A stretch of DNA of 64,000 bases from a virus (Duplodnaviria; Caudoviricetes). The position numbers and the translations under genes are program-made. The notes under the pieces were generated by a model, which was not told the DNA's origin, did no database searches, and saw only the letters and a list, made by a program, of their open reading frames with translations. The DNA lies in the IMG/VR virus record IMGVR_UViG_3300046171_000216, positions 152 to 64,151 of that record, one strand, 5' to 3'. Positions 18,374 to 27,074 of the stretch are shown in pieces. Position 1 is the stretch's first letter, and each line of letters opens with the position of its first letter.

Positions 18374-19752
18374 TAAAATTTAAATTCTGCGAACGATTTT
18401 TTAAAAGGTTTCTTCTCTTCATCATTATACTCTTGTTCTGTTTTATTGTCAAGAATATCATCCTGTGCTTTCTGTTCACAGTCATATAATCTCATCTTTG
18501 CACGGTCTACACCCACAACAAATCTTTTGTAGATGGTTGGGTCATTATATCTATTCTTCAATTGTTTGACCATTATTTGCCCAAGACCCTCAAGCTCCTC
18601 TGTACTAATAAGAGCAAACATAAGATCAGCAGTGGCGGGAAGACCGAACGACTCGCTTGTGTCAGTAAGATCAACATCACTACTACCGAAACCAGAACGA
18701 GTCGTCTGAGTAGCGGAGACGATAGGTACATTAGCCTCAACTGCAAGACCACGGAGTTCTTCAGCAATGGCTTTAATATACGAGTAAGAATTGACATTGT
18801 TGTTTGTGCGATAACGAGATGATGCACATATATTCAGATAATCTATGAATATTATATCAGGAGTAAATGACTTCTTCAGTGCGAGTTCATTTAACAATGA
18901 TTTAAAATGACCTGAATGTGCAGATGCAGTAGGGTACTCTTTAATTATAAGAGTTCCTTGAGTTTTTTTACTAATATTATTTACCTTATTTTCAAACATA
19001 GGTTTAGGTAAATCAGTAATGTCTTGTATATTAACATTTAATAAATTTGCATCTATTCTTTCTGCAATCTTTTCTTCTGCCATTTCAAGAGTAATGTATA
19101 AAACATTTTTACCTTCTAGAAGGACAGAACTAGCGTGATGGCACATAAACAAAGACTTACCCACACCAGTACCCGCAAGTGCAATATTAAGTGTTTTGTT
19201 TGGGAGACCTCCCTTTGTAATTTTATTAAAGAGTTCGAGGTCGAATTGAACCCTGCTTTCTTTCCTGTGATATGATTCGTATCTTGCTTCATAGTCTTCC
19301 AAGTAATCGTGCCCTACATGATTATCGAAAGAAACAGCCAAAGCGTCAGAGAGAATGCTAGGAATAGCATCCCTTCCTTTTTTGTCATCTTGTCCATCTG
19401 CGAGTGCGATTGATTCCATGAGTGCCAAATATATAGCACGATCACGACACCATTTCTCAGTTGAATCAGTTAACCATTGACTATCTATTGGTGCATCATC
19501 AAATGTTTTTGTAGTATCTCTTGCTTCTTTTATTTCTGTTTCTGTTAAGTCAGTACGATTCTCAATCTCAATATTAAGTGCTTCGATTGTAATTGCAGCA
19601 TCATACTTCACAATGAATTGTGTTGCCTCTTCAAATATTATCTTTTCAGTTTTATTCTCAAAATATTCTGGTTCGATGAAGGGAATTACTTTTCTAGAGT
19701 ATTCTTCATCAAAAATCAGATTACGAAGAATAGTAGTTTCAATTCTTTCCAT
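18373..19752 (-). CDS. 41: Replicative DNA helicase (T4 gp41)
   Basis: AGTGVGKS, ITLEMAEE, IFIDYLN and VKQLKNRY. Confidence 0.96.
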   Translation of the reverse strand: MERIETTILRNLIFDEEYSRKVIPFIEPEYFENKTEKIIFEEATQFIVKYDAAITIEALNIEIENRTDLTETEIKEARDTTKTFDDAPIDSQWLTDSTEKWCRDRAIYLALMESIALADGQDDKKGRDAIPSILSDALAVSFDNHVGHDYLEDYEARYESYHRKESRVQFDLELFNKITKGGLPNKTLNIALAGTGVGKSLFMCHHASSVLLEGKNVLYITLEMAEEKIAERIDANLLNVNIQDITDLPKPMFENKVNNISKKTQGTLIIKEYPTASAHSGHFKSLLNELALKKSFTPDIIFIDYLNICASSRYRTNNNVNSYSYIKAIAEELRGLAVEANVPIVSATQTTRSGFGSSDVDLTDTSESFGLPATADLMFALISTEELEGLGQIMVKQLKNRYNDPTIYKRFVVGVDRAKMRLYDCEQKAQDDILDNKTEQEYNDEEKKPFKKSFAEFKF

Positions 19753-20293
19753 AATGAATATATGTGCTCATAATATACTTAGAATCATTTTTTGGTGGTA
19801 ATCCAGTATGTGGATACTCCCAAGTCGGTGGGAATACTATCACTCTACCAGAAACTGGTTGAATATTCAAGTTGTGTAACGGAAACAAAGTATTTCCATC
19901 ATTATCATTCAAGTAAAATAAAAATGCAACTGCTCTTATTGATGAACTTGAGTCTGTAACATCGACGTGTTCATCAAATTTTTCATTACCATTATTATAA
20001 TATCTTTTAATTCTAAATTCCTCTAGTTCTTTTAGAGGTGGTATATATTTTGATCTTACATCATTTTTATATTGATTGTATACTTGTGTCAGATAAGGTA
20101 TTAAGGAACGAACGATATTAGGAGATAATTGGTTTAAATTTAATTGTGTAAAACAAGGGCACCCATTGTAATCAACGTACTCTTGATGGTTTTCATTATT
20201 CTCAAATAAATCTATGAAACTTTTACAAGCTTTACCAGGAATAACATTGTCATATACCTTAACCATATGAATATTGTTCTTTTGATATTTCAT
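19739..20293 (-). CDS. 2OG-Fe(II) oxygenase (prolyl-4-hydroxylase-like)
   Basis: FDEHVD...FLFYLND...FPPTWEYPH...KY. Confidence 0.85.
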   Translation of the reverse strand: MKYQKNNIHMVKVYDNVIPGKACKSFIDLFENNENHQEYVDYNGCPCFTQLNLNQLSPNIVRSLIPYLTQVYNQYKNDVRSKYIPPLKELEEFRIKRYYNNGNEKFDEHVDVTDSSSSIRAVAFLFYLNDNDGNTLFPLHNLNIQPVSGRVIVFPPTWEYPHTGLPPKNDSKYIMSTYIHYGKN

Positions 20294-21260
20294 CTAACTT
20301 CTTCATTACCTCTTCGGTAAAATATTTTTCTGGATTTTTATATATTTCTTTAGCATATACTTTCTTTCCATCCATCTCATATCTACCTGCAACATTTTTC
20401 CAGAGACCACCTATCTCTCCTAAGTCTAAAAGACCATAGTATTTGTCGAGTCCTCTTTCATCATAGTAAAGACGAACTTCAACTTCTTTATTCTCTTTAC
20501 TTAAACGTGACTTATGAGTCTTTGCCTTGATAATGTTTCCAATGACATCTTTTCCGTCTTTTTCTTTTTTCTTGGTAAGATAGATGATTGTAGATGCTGC
20601 ATACTTGAGACCGCTGCCTCCTCCCATTTCTTTAGTTGGGACATAAGAACCGATAACGTCATAGGTGTGATTAGTTACTATAAGTGGAATGTTTGCTTGA
20701 CCAAGTTTAAGTGTAAGCATTCTAAATGCTCCTTTGACAAGTTGAGATTTGGTCATATCTCGAACCATCTTATCATTTAATGTGTCGGTAATTTCTTTCT
20801 CTGTTGAAAGCATACCTAGAGAGTCTAACACAAACATACAAGGTTTGCGATTCTCTTCTTCTGTCTTAAGGTATATATCTACTGCCTTTAGTGCCTTACC
20901 ACGAAACTGTTCAATCGTTACGACATTGACAACAACAAGTCTGTTTTGATCAATTCCACGAGATGCAAGTAATCCCTTGGTGATTGCAGCTTCAGTATCA
21001 AAATAGAGACAATACCCATCAGGGTTAGTGTCCAAAAAGTTTTTGACGACAGCAAGGGAAAAATAAGTTTTACCAGTACTAGTTTCACCAGCAATGGCAG
21101 TGATCTTATTACTAGAAACACCACCATAAATGGAACCGCTAACCACTGCATTAAAGATGTGTGATCCTGTGTCGATGAATCTTTCTGTTTCATCTATGTC
21201 TGCTGCAATTTTGGTGAAATCATCTCCGATCTCCTTAACTATTTCTTTCAAAAAATCCAT
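20259..21260 (-). CDS. uvsX: RecA-like recombinase UvsX
   Basis: GETSTGKT, YFDTE, VLDSLGML and MGGGSG; likely start MDFLKE at 21260. Confidence 0.95.
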   Translation of the reverse strand: MDFLKEIVKEIGDDFTKIAADIDETERFIDTGSHIFNAVVSGSIYGGVSSNKITAIAGETSTGKTYFSLAVVKNFLDTNPDGYCLYFDTEAAITKGLLASRGIDQNRLVVVNVVTIEQFRGKALKAVDIYLKTEEENRKPCMFVLDSLGMLSTEKEITDTLNDKMVRDMTKSQLVKGAFRMLTLKLGQANIPLIVTNHTYDVIGSYVPTKEMGGGSGLKYAASTIIYLTKKKEKDGKDVIGNIIKAKTHKSRLSKENKEVEVRLYYDERGLDKYYGLLDLGEIGGLWKNVAGRYEMDGKKVYAKEIYKNPEKYFTEEVMKKLDEISKEQYSYG

Positions 21261-21261
21261 A

Positions 21262-21420
21262 CTAACTTTCTTTGCGATGATGTACTTCAACATAGGATTG
21301 ACATTTTGGACAAGAGAGATTGGTTACAAAATCATATGCATGATCTTTACCATAAAACTCTTCTTCTAAATCGTGGTCTCCTCCCCAGATAAGTTCGGTG
21401 CCACAGTGCCAACAATCCAT
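21262..21420 (-). CDS. Small zinc-ribbon protein (52 aa, not in the ORF track)
   Basis: MDCWHCGTELIWGGDHD...NLSCPKCQSYVEVH. Confidence 0.7.
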   Translation of the reverse strand: MDCWHCGTELIWGGDHDLEEEFYGKDHAYDFVTNLSCPKCQSYVEVHHRKES

Positions 21421-21429
21421 TTTATTTTT

Positions 21430-21458
21430 ATTATACTATTTTTTCACTTAAACGTCAA
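21430..21458 (-). promoter_or_regulatory. Sigma70-type promoter
   Basis: TTGACG-N17-TATAAT ahead of the zinc-ribbon/uvsX/gp41 genes. Confidence 0.75.
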
Positions 21459-21460
21459 GG

Positions 21461-21631
21461 TTATATTGATATTCCCCTTTCTTCACGCAGTATCTTTTTA
21501 TAAGGTCCATCAGGATTTAAATCTCTGACTTCTTTTACTTCTTTCAAAAGATGATACAATCTAGCATCTCCTCCAAGAGAAAGAGCATTTACGATTGTTT
21601 CTAAATCGTTATCATTAATAGGTAATTCCAT
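21461..21631 (-). CDS. Small hypothetical protein (56 aa, not in the ORF track)
   Basis: MELPINDNDLETIVNALSLGGDARLYHLLKEV...; TAATG coupling to gp43. Confidence 0.65.
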   Translation of the reverse strand: MELPINDNDLETIVNALSLGGDARLYHLLKEVKEVRDLNPDGPYKKILREERGISI

Positions 21632-24132
21632 TAGGAAAAAAATAGTTCTAAGTTTACAGTTTTTTCAACATTCCACCCAATTGCATCTAAGATTGTTCTG
21701 AGTGGTTCAACAAAACTTTTGTCAAATTGTAAGTCATAATCGACATACTTTTCAAGGTCAAGTTCTCTAGGAAAATCTTGAATGAATGATATTACATTCT
21801 CTTGAATAATATTAGGTTTTTTCAAATAGAGAAATTTGACCTTTTCTCCATTTCCAATGAGTGAATACTTATTGTCAATCTTTTTCGCTTTCACATAATG
21901 ATTAAACAATAATGCACCCCGTATATGTATAGGAGTTCCCTTTGCATAGATTGTAGAATGTGCTTTATACTTCTGAACATTTGATGCAGTGCGAGGAAAT
22001 GCAATCTCTTCTGGTGGTAGTTTTTTGAATTGTTTTCGAGACTCATCAATGAAATCAATGACTTCTTCTTCAGTGCCATTCATCATTAACTTGAGTGCAC
22101 TTTTAATTAATGCACGACAAGGTGCAGGAGTTGAAGATTTAACTGCTTCAATACCCATCATCTTGAGATTTGGTTTTTCATATCGAACACCTTCACTATC
22201 CCATACATTTAAAATATATCTTTTCTTTGCTGTCCAGATGCCACGGTCTGCGATATTCTCTCGCTTCATTACCATCTTATTATCATAAGCATTTACGTAG
22301 TTCGCCAACGTTTCATAAGAACCCTCAATATACTTCTCAAATTCCACTTCACAGATCTTATTAAGGAACGACACAATGCTCGCAGCATTCTTTTCTCTGC
22401 CTTCGTATACCCTATCGACAAGATCACCCAAGTTGAGATAGATGCTGTCAGTATCACTAGCAATAACATAGTCTTCACCCTCCGTTTTTAGTATTTTGTT
22501 TAAGTATGCGTTCATTTTGTTTTCTATCCAACGAATAGAAACCTGCCCTGATAATGTAATTGCTTCCGCATTTGCTAATTTGTAATAGCGAAAATATTGA
22601 TTACCAATCGCACCATAGGCAGAATTAAGAGAAATCTTCTTTGCCATCTGGATATTATTACAACGGGCAATTTCCTTTTCAAGGTTTTTTGTAGGAGTCT
22701 TTTCATATGCCTTCTTTGCAGTAATCATCCTCTTCTTGAAGATAACTCTTTCGTTATACATCTTCTCCATCAACTCTGGTAAGAACCCACGAACATCTTT
22801 ACGATACATTGCACCATTTGCACAAACAGCATTATTCTTATACATCTCAAAAGTCAAATCTTCATTAAGGATTTTGTCAACTGTAACTGATGGATGTTTT
22901 GTATCCAATAAAGTTTCTGGAGAAATATTATATTGCATAATCAAATGCGGATATAGACTATTCAAGTCAAAAGAAACAACCCAATCATATTTGCCAGGTA
23001 TTGGTTCTTTTACATATGCACCAGCATACTTATCATTTTTATGTGACCTATTCTTTGGAGGTATAACAATATTCCTTCTCTTTAGATAATTGTAGATAAT
23101 CGTATCCCACATTCTTACCTGATAGAATACATCTTCATAATTTACCTTTGCATCATATGCCATCGTCAATGCAAGTTCAATCAACTTCATCTTATCCTCA
23201 AGACGGTCAACCAGTTCAACGTCAATGATGTTGTATTCTACAAACTTTTGCCAACCTTGAGTGTAGAAGTCTTTAAATGTATCAAATTCAGAGTGGTCAA
23301 GTTTCTTTTGTCCAAGTTCTACACTTGCAATATAATCCAAACGATATGACTCTTGTGCTTTGTAAGTAAACTTCTTATATAAGTCAAGATAATCTAACTG
23401 CGATACACCACCAATATCATAAGAAATTTGTTTACGTCCCATTATCGTAGTTTCTTCTTCAGTTACAAGACCCCAAGGTGACATTCTTTTCTTTAGTTTC
23501 TCACCAAGTATGCGGTCAATACGACGACAAAGATATGGAATATCATAAAACTTACTGTTCCAACCAGTAATAACTTCTGGTGTATTATCTTCTATCATCC
23601 ACCAGTTGATGAAATCTGTAAGAAGTTCATATTCTGTAGTAAATGATTTGTATATTACGTTCTCTTGTTTATTATTAAATGCCCCAAGACCCCAAGTGCG
23701 TATTTGTTTTGTTGTATAATCTTGTAATGAGATAAGTAATATTTCTTCTGCAGCAGATTCTACATCGGGGAATCCATATTCAGACTTTACCTCAATATCA
23801 ATTGTGGTTAATTTAATTTGTTCAATATCAAACTTTAATTCTTGCTCTGGATATTTGTCTGATATGTATTGATAGATAAATCTTTCATTACCATAGATAT
23901 TAAAGTTTTCAACCTCATTATAATTTTTTATAAAGTCTCTACATTCACGAACTGTACCAGGTTCAATTGGTTCAACGGGCAAACCATCAAGTGTTTTATA
24001 TTTTGTCTTTCTTTTTGAATCTACAAATAATGTTGGGTAGAACTTTTCACGAGTAGCAAAGTGTTTACCATCTTCATATCCACGAACCAAGAAATTATCT
24101 CCGACCATTTGGACGTTGGTATAAAATCTCAT
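21631..24132 (-). CDS. 43: Family B DNA polymerase (T4 gp43)
   Basis: DIE exonuclease motif, SFDLNSLYP, KISLNSAYG and SDTDS. Confidence 0.97.
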   Translation of the reverse strand: MRFYTNVQMVGDNFLVRGYEDGKHFATREKFYPTLFVDSKRKTKYKTLDGLPVEPIEPGTVRECRDFIKNYNEVENFNIYGNERFIYQYISDKYPEQELKFDIEQIKLTTIDIEVKSEYGFPDVESAAEEILLISLQDYTTKQIRTWGLGAFNNKQENVIYKSFTTEYELLTDFINWWMIEDNTPEVITGWNSKFYDIPYLCRRIDRILGEKLKKRMSPWGLVTEEETTIMGRKQISYDIGGVSQLDYLDLYKKFTYKAQESYRLDYIASVELGQKKLDHSEFDTFKDFYTQGWQKFVEYNIIDVELVDRLEDKMKLIELALTMAYDAKVNYEDVFYQVRMWDTIIYNYLKRRNIVIPPKNRSHKNDKYAGAYVKEPIPGKYDWVVSFDLNSLYPHLIMQYNISPETLLDTKHPSVTVDKILNEDLTFEMYKNNAVCANGAMYRKDVRGFLPELMEKMYNERVIFKKRMITAKKAYEKTPTKNLEKEIARCNNIQMAKKISLNSAYGAIGNQYFRYYKLANAEAITLSGQVSIRWIENKMNAYLNKILKTEGEDYVIASDTDSIYLNLGDLVDRVYEGREKNAASIVSFLNKICEVEFEKYIEGSYETLANYVNAYDNKMVMKRENIADRGIWTAKKRYILNVWDSEGVRYEKPNLKMMGIEAVKSSTPAPCRALIKSALKLMMNGTEEEVIDFIDESRKQFKKLPPEEIAFPRTASNVQKYKAHSTIYAKGTPIHIRGALLFNHYVKAKKIDNKYSLIGNGEKVKFLYLKKPNIIQENVISFIQDFPRELDLEKYVDYDLQFDKSFVEPLRTILDAIGWNVEKTVNLELFFS

Positions 24133-24380
24133 TACGTAGTTAGTTCAGTATATTTGTCTATAATTGTACCAGTTGGATCTGCAATCGTCAATATATCTTC
24201 TGACCTTATCATAAACTCTGTTTGATTTGTAATATCTGCTTTCCAAGGCACCATATCATCAATACCATTGTAAACGTATGGTTTAATCATTTTACAATTA
24301 GGATTACCTAATTCTGCATCAATTTCTATAATCTCTGCAATCAGAGTACAGTGAGCATTTAACATTACACATTTAATCAT
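24132..24380 (-). CDS. Hypothetical protein, Sm-like pattern
   Basis: IKCVML...LIAEI...IKPY...PW...IRSEDILTIADP. Confidence 0.55.
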   Translation of the reverse strand: MIKCVMLNAHCTLIAEIIEIDAELGNPNCKMIKPYVYNGIDDMVPWKADITNQTEFMIRSEDILTIADPTGTIIDKYTELTT

Positions 24381-24714
24381 TTCCTTCCTCCTTCAACTTA
24401 AACGATTCACATTTATCCTCATACATTTGAGTTACTGAATCAAGTGGTTCTACTATAGTTAGCACACTATCTATCGGTATAATCATTTTTTTATCTTTAG
24501 ATAAAACTACCCAAGGAATCATAGCGACATCAATTCCAAAATCTCCTCCTCTACTTTTATCTTCTTCAGTAACAAATTGTCTATCTTTTATTTCAATTAT
24601 ATGAGGATTTTCAAGCATGTATGCGTGTGCAACATCTTGACCTTCAGCAACTAATTCTTTCATTTCAGAGATTAGTTGTTCACCTGTTTTAAGTAAACTA
24701 ATTTTGATTGACAT
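24373..24714 (-). CDS. Hypothetical protein, Sm-like pattern
   Basis: KISLLKTGEQLIS...LENP...PW...IPIDSVLTIVEP. Confidence 0.6.
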   Translation of the reverse strand: MSIKISLLKTGEQLISEMKELVAEGQDVAHAYMLENPHIIEIKDRQFVTEEDKSRGGDFGIDVAMIPWVVLSKDKKMIIPIDSVLTIVEPLDSVTQMYEDKCESFKLKEEGND

Positions 24715-24730
24715 TTTTCTATCTAATTAA

Positions 24731-24800
24731 TTGGTAGATTCCTATAGCCGCTTATGCTGAACCTACCAAAGGGCATAACCGCAGCCAGTATTTCTCTGAC
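24731..24800 (-). ncRNA. Unassigned structured leader RNA (pseudoknot or switch)
   Basis: GUCAG/CUGGC hairpin; UUAUGC/GCAUAA stem whose loop UUGGUAGGUUC pairs over 11 nt with downstream GAAUCUACCAA. Confidence 0.6.
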
Positions 24801-24806
24801 AAATAT

Positions 24807-24835
24807 ATTATAGCACAACTTTTCCAATTGTCCAA
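24807..24835 (-). promoter_or_regulatory. Sigma70-type promoter with extended -10, in the purM 3' end
   Basis: TTGGACA...TG-C-TATAAT directly upstream of the structured leader. Confidence 0.6.
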
Positions 24836-25740
24836 CTCTTGTATCCAAATGCATCTATTGTATCGTGAGTATCAATTTCACTTTGCTCTGGTATTACCAC
24901 ACAATATCCAATACCAAGATTAAAAACTTTTTTCATTTCCTCTTCTGGTATCTCACCTGCTGACATTATCTTTTGAAATATTTTAGGTAACGGCCAAGAA
25001 TTGTAATCAATATCTGCCTTTAATCCATCAGGTAAGCAACGTGGCAAATTCTCTGGAATACCACCACCAGTAATATGTGCCATACCTAATATAGGAACTT
25101 CATTTATAAGTTCCATTACAAGTGGAGCATAGATATGAGTTGGTGTTAAAAGTTTTTTCGTTGCTTTTAATTTTTTCTGTCTTATTAAATGATTAACTAA
25201 ACTGTAACCATTACTATGAATACCACTACTTTCAATTCCGATTATAAGGTCTCCTTCTTGAATAATTGAACCATCAATTATTTCAGATGACTCAACGATT
25301 CCTGTACTAAATCCTGCGAGGTCAATATCAAAAGTCATTGGATGTTCAGCAGTTTCACCACCAATAAGTTCAACACCTGCTAACTCACATCCTTTAATGA
25401 TACCTGTCATAATATCATCTACTTTTGTATTGATTGTATTAAGAGAAATATAATCTAAAAAATATAAAGGTTTTGCACCACAAGTAATAATATCATTAAC
25501 ACACATTGCAACCAAATCAATACCTATAGTTTTATAGTTGTCTAGTCTACTACAAATACAAATTTTTGTTCCAACTCCATCAGTACCAGAAACTAAAATA
25601 GGTTCCTCATATCCACGAGGAACCTTATACATACCACCGAATCCACCGATGGTAGGTACTTTTTGTTTTAGTCTTTCAACGAAAGCATTACCTGCTTCAA
25701 TATCAACACCCGATGATTTATAGGTAGTTTTTTCTTGCAT
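24808..25740 (-). CDS. purM: Phosphoribosylformylglycinamidine cyclo-ligase (AIR synthetase)
   Basis: YKSSGVDI, TDGVGTK, GGETAEHP, SSGIHSNGYS, HITGGG and FNLGIG. Confidence 0.95.
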   Translation of the reverse strand: MQEKTTYKSSGVDIEAGNAFVERLKQKVPTIGGFGGMYKVPRGYEEPILVSGTDGVGTKICICSRLDNYKTIGIDLVAMCVNDIITCGAKPLYFLDYISLNTINTKVDDIMTGIIKGCELAGVELIGGETAEHPMTFDIDLAGFSTGIVESSEIIDGSIIQEGDLIIGIESSGIHSNGYSLVNHLIRQKKLKATKKLLTPTHIYAPLVMELINEVPILGMAHITGGGIPENLPRCLPDGLKADIDYNSWPLPKIFQKIMSAGEIPEEEMKKVFNLGIGYCVVIPEQSEIDTHDTIDAFGYKSWTIGKVVL

Positions 25741-26152
25741 GATGTTCTGGAACTATCTTACCCAATTTGACGGTAAGTAATCCATCTTTAAATAAAACCT
25801 CTCTGACTTCAATATCTTCTGATAGTGACCAGGTTCTGTTGAAAGATCTCTGAGCCAGTCCTTGATAGACATACTCGGATTCTTTCTCTTTTTCTTTTTT
25901 CTTTCCTTCAACAATAAGTTTTCCATATTCAGTATAAACATGAAGTTCATTTTTACTAAATCCTGCTAATGCTATTTCTAGTATTGATTCAACATTATTT
26001 ACATGAATAAGATTGTAGGGTGGATAGTTTGTTGCGGTTTCGTAAGAATTGAAAAAATTATCTAGGTATGAATCCATACCAATTCCATTCTTAGAAATAA
26101 TCTTCATTAGTTCTGGAAGATTAGCAGAGTGATACTTCTGTAGTGAAGTCAT
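25718..26152 (-). CDS. hsp20: Small heat shock protein (Hsp20, IbpA-like)
   Basis: NYPPYN, EIALAGF, QGLAQRSF and DGLL. Confidence 0.93.
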   Translation of the reverse strand: MTSLQKYHSANLPELMKIISKNGIGMDSYLDNFFNSYETATNYPPYNLIHVNNVESILEIALAGFSKNELHVYTEYGKLIVEGKKKEKEKESEYVYQGLAQRSFNRTWSLSEDIEVREVLFKDGLLTVKLGKIVPEHHARKNYL

Positions 26153-26205
26153 AATAGTTCTCCTTTAAAAGCGAGTGTAAATTGTGAACCCTTTCGGCAT
26201 TCTCA
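26150..26205 (-). promoter_or_regulatory. ROSE-like RNA thermometer in the hsp20 5' UTR
   Basis: CUCGCU-UUUAA-AGGAG-N7-AUG places the U(U/C)GCU motif opposite the SD; a GAAA-capped hairpin lies upstream; TAAATA at 26208-26213. Confidence 0.6.
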
Positions 26206-26221
26206 ATTATTTAACAATACA

Positions 26222-26632
26222 CTACCACTTTTCCATAATAATCTCTATAGTATTATCAACATCCATATGTTCGGTTGTTACATTAAAACCTTTTGATTGT
26301 GCGGTTTCTACTACAGCACATTTTGCATATGCCTGAGTTACTTTTTGTAGAAATCTTTCAATAGGAAATGATTCGTGCCAAGTATCAACCTCAGTAACTA
26401 ATTCAAATACTCCATCATCATTAATCTTAAATCCCGCTGTCATCGGTCTCATTACTTCTAAAGATGTATCATACTTAGTTACTCCTATTTCAACTTGAAC
26501 CTCTTCGTGTTGATGATTAGAAGGATTTTTTAACAATACATTTTCTGTTCCAGTATATCCAATAGTAAGCAATGCTTTAATTAAAAAATCTTTATCCTTC
26601 AGTTTCGTTTTGATGTTGGTGAAGTGAGACAT
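26222..26632 (-). CDS. DUF1257/Ycf35-like protein
   Basis: MSHFTNIKT...L.KAL..IG...FLQKVTQAYA...GF. Confidence 0.8.
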   Translation of the reverse strand: MSHFTNIKTKLKDKDFLIKALLTIGYTGTENVLLKNPSNHQHEEVQVEIGVTKYDTSLEVMRPMTAGFKINDDGVFELVTEVDTWHESFPIERFLQKVTQAYAKCAVVETAQSKGFNVTTEHMDVDNTIEIIMEKW

Positions 26633-26792
26633 TTTGTTTCTGATAGTATTCTGGTTTTAATTCTCTAGACTTAACATTACCTAGAGTATCTTCTATTTCT
26701 TTTGTAATATCTATACAAGTATCATTTGTTACTCCTTGAACTTCTTCAGTAACATTACCGTCTTGGTCAATACGAAAAATAATTCTTTGCAT
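26592..26792 (-). CDS. DUF2997-like protein
   Basis: IIFRIDQDGNVTEEVQGV...C...TKEIE..LG....ELKPEYYQ. Confidence 0.8.
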   Translation of the reverse strand: MQRIIFRIDQDGNVTEEVQGVTNDTCIDITKEIEDTLGNVKSRELKPEYYQKQNVSLHQHQNETEG

Positions 26793-26805
26793 GTTTCAGT
26801 AGCAT

Positions 26806-26852
26806 AAAAAAAAGACCCTCTGCCCCACTCTCTTGAGTTGCATCTTAGGTCT
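26806..26852 (-). terminator. Intrinsic terminator/attenuator hairpin
   Basis: AGACC...GGUCU stem with inner ACUC/GAGU, followed by a U8 tract. Confidence 0.65.
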
Positions 26853-26857
26853 AAAAA

Positions 26858-27043
26858 AGGAGGGAGGTTGGGTTCCTGTGTACCAACAAAAGATGGGCAT
26901 TACTACAGAGTAAATACATCTTTGCCTGAGACCCGACTGGTAAGTCGATTCTGCTTTCGCAGCAGCACCACCTGTGTCTCATCACCTTAACCAGCGATTG
27001 CCAGTAAGTTTATTCAGTCACTCCCATTGTTGCGTCCAACAAT
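26858..27043 (-). ncRNA. Large structured RNA, most likely the manA RNA motif
   Basis: About 185 nt non-coding; GGGAG/CUCCC closing stem plus UGAGAC/GUCUCA, CUGC-GAAA-GCAG, CGACU/AGUCG, AAAGAUG/CAUCUUU and GUUGG/CCAAC stems; family name is from recall, not a covariance-model search. Confidence 0.65.
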
Positions 27044-27046
27044 ATA

Positions 27047-27074
27047 AGTATAGCACAAAAAAAGGAGGTGTCAA
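27047..27074 (-). promoter_or_regulatory. Sigma70-type promoter for the structured RNA
   Basis: TTGACA-N16-TATACT with TGn extension; the spacer contains a T homopolymer that may be miscounted. Confidence 0.7.

Noticed and set aside
6022-24132. Introns or inteins in nrdA, nrdB, gp41 or gp43
   Set aside because: All are continuous and of ordinary length
24731-24800. ZMP/ZTP, glutamine or SAM riboswitch next to purM
   Set aside because: It lies downstream of purM and lacks the conserved cores of these families as I recall them; left unassigned
26806-27043. tRNA or CRISPR array in the largest intergenic region
   Set aside because: No cloverleaf, T-loop GTTC(G/A)A or CCA end, and no spaced direct repeats; none seen elsewhere in the window either
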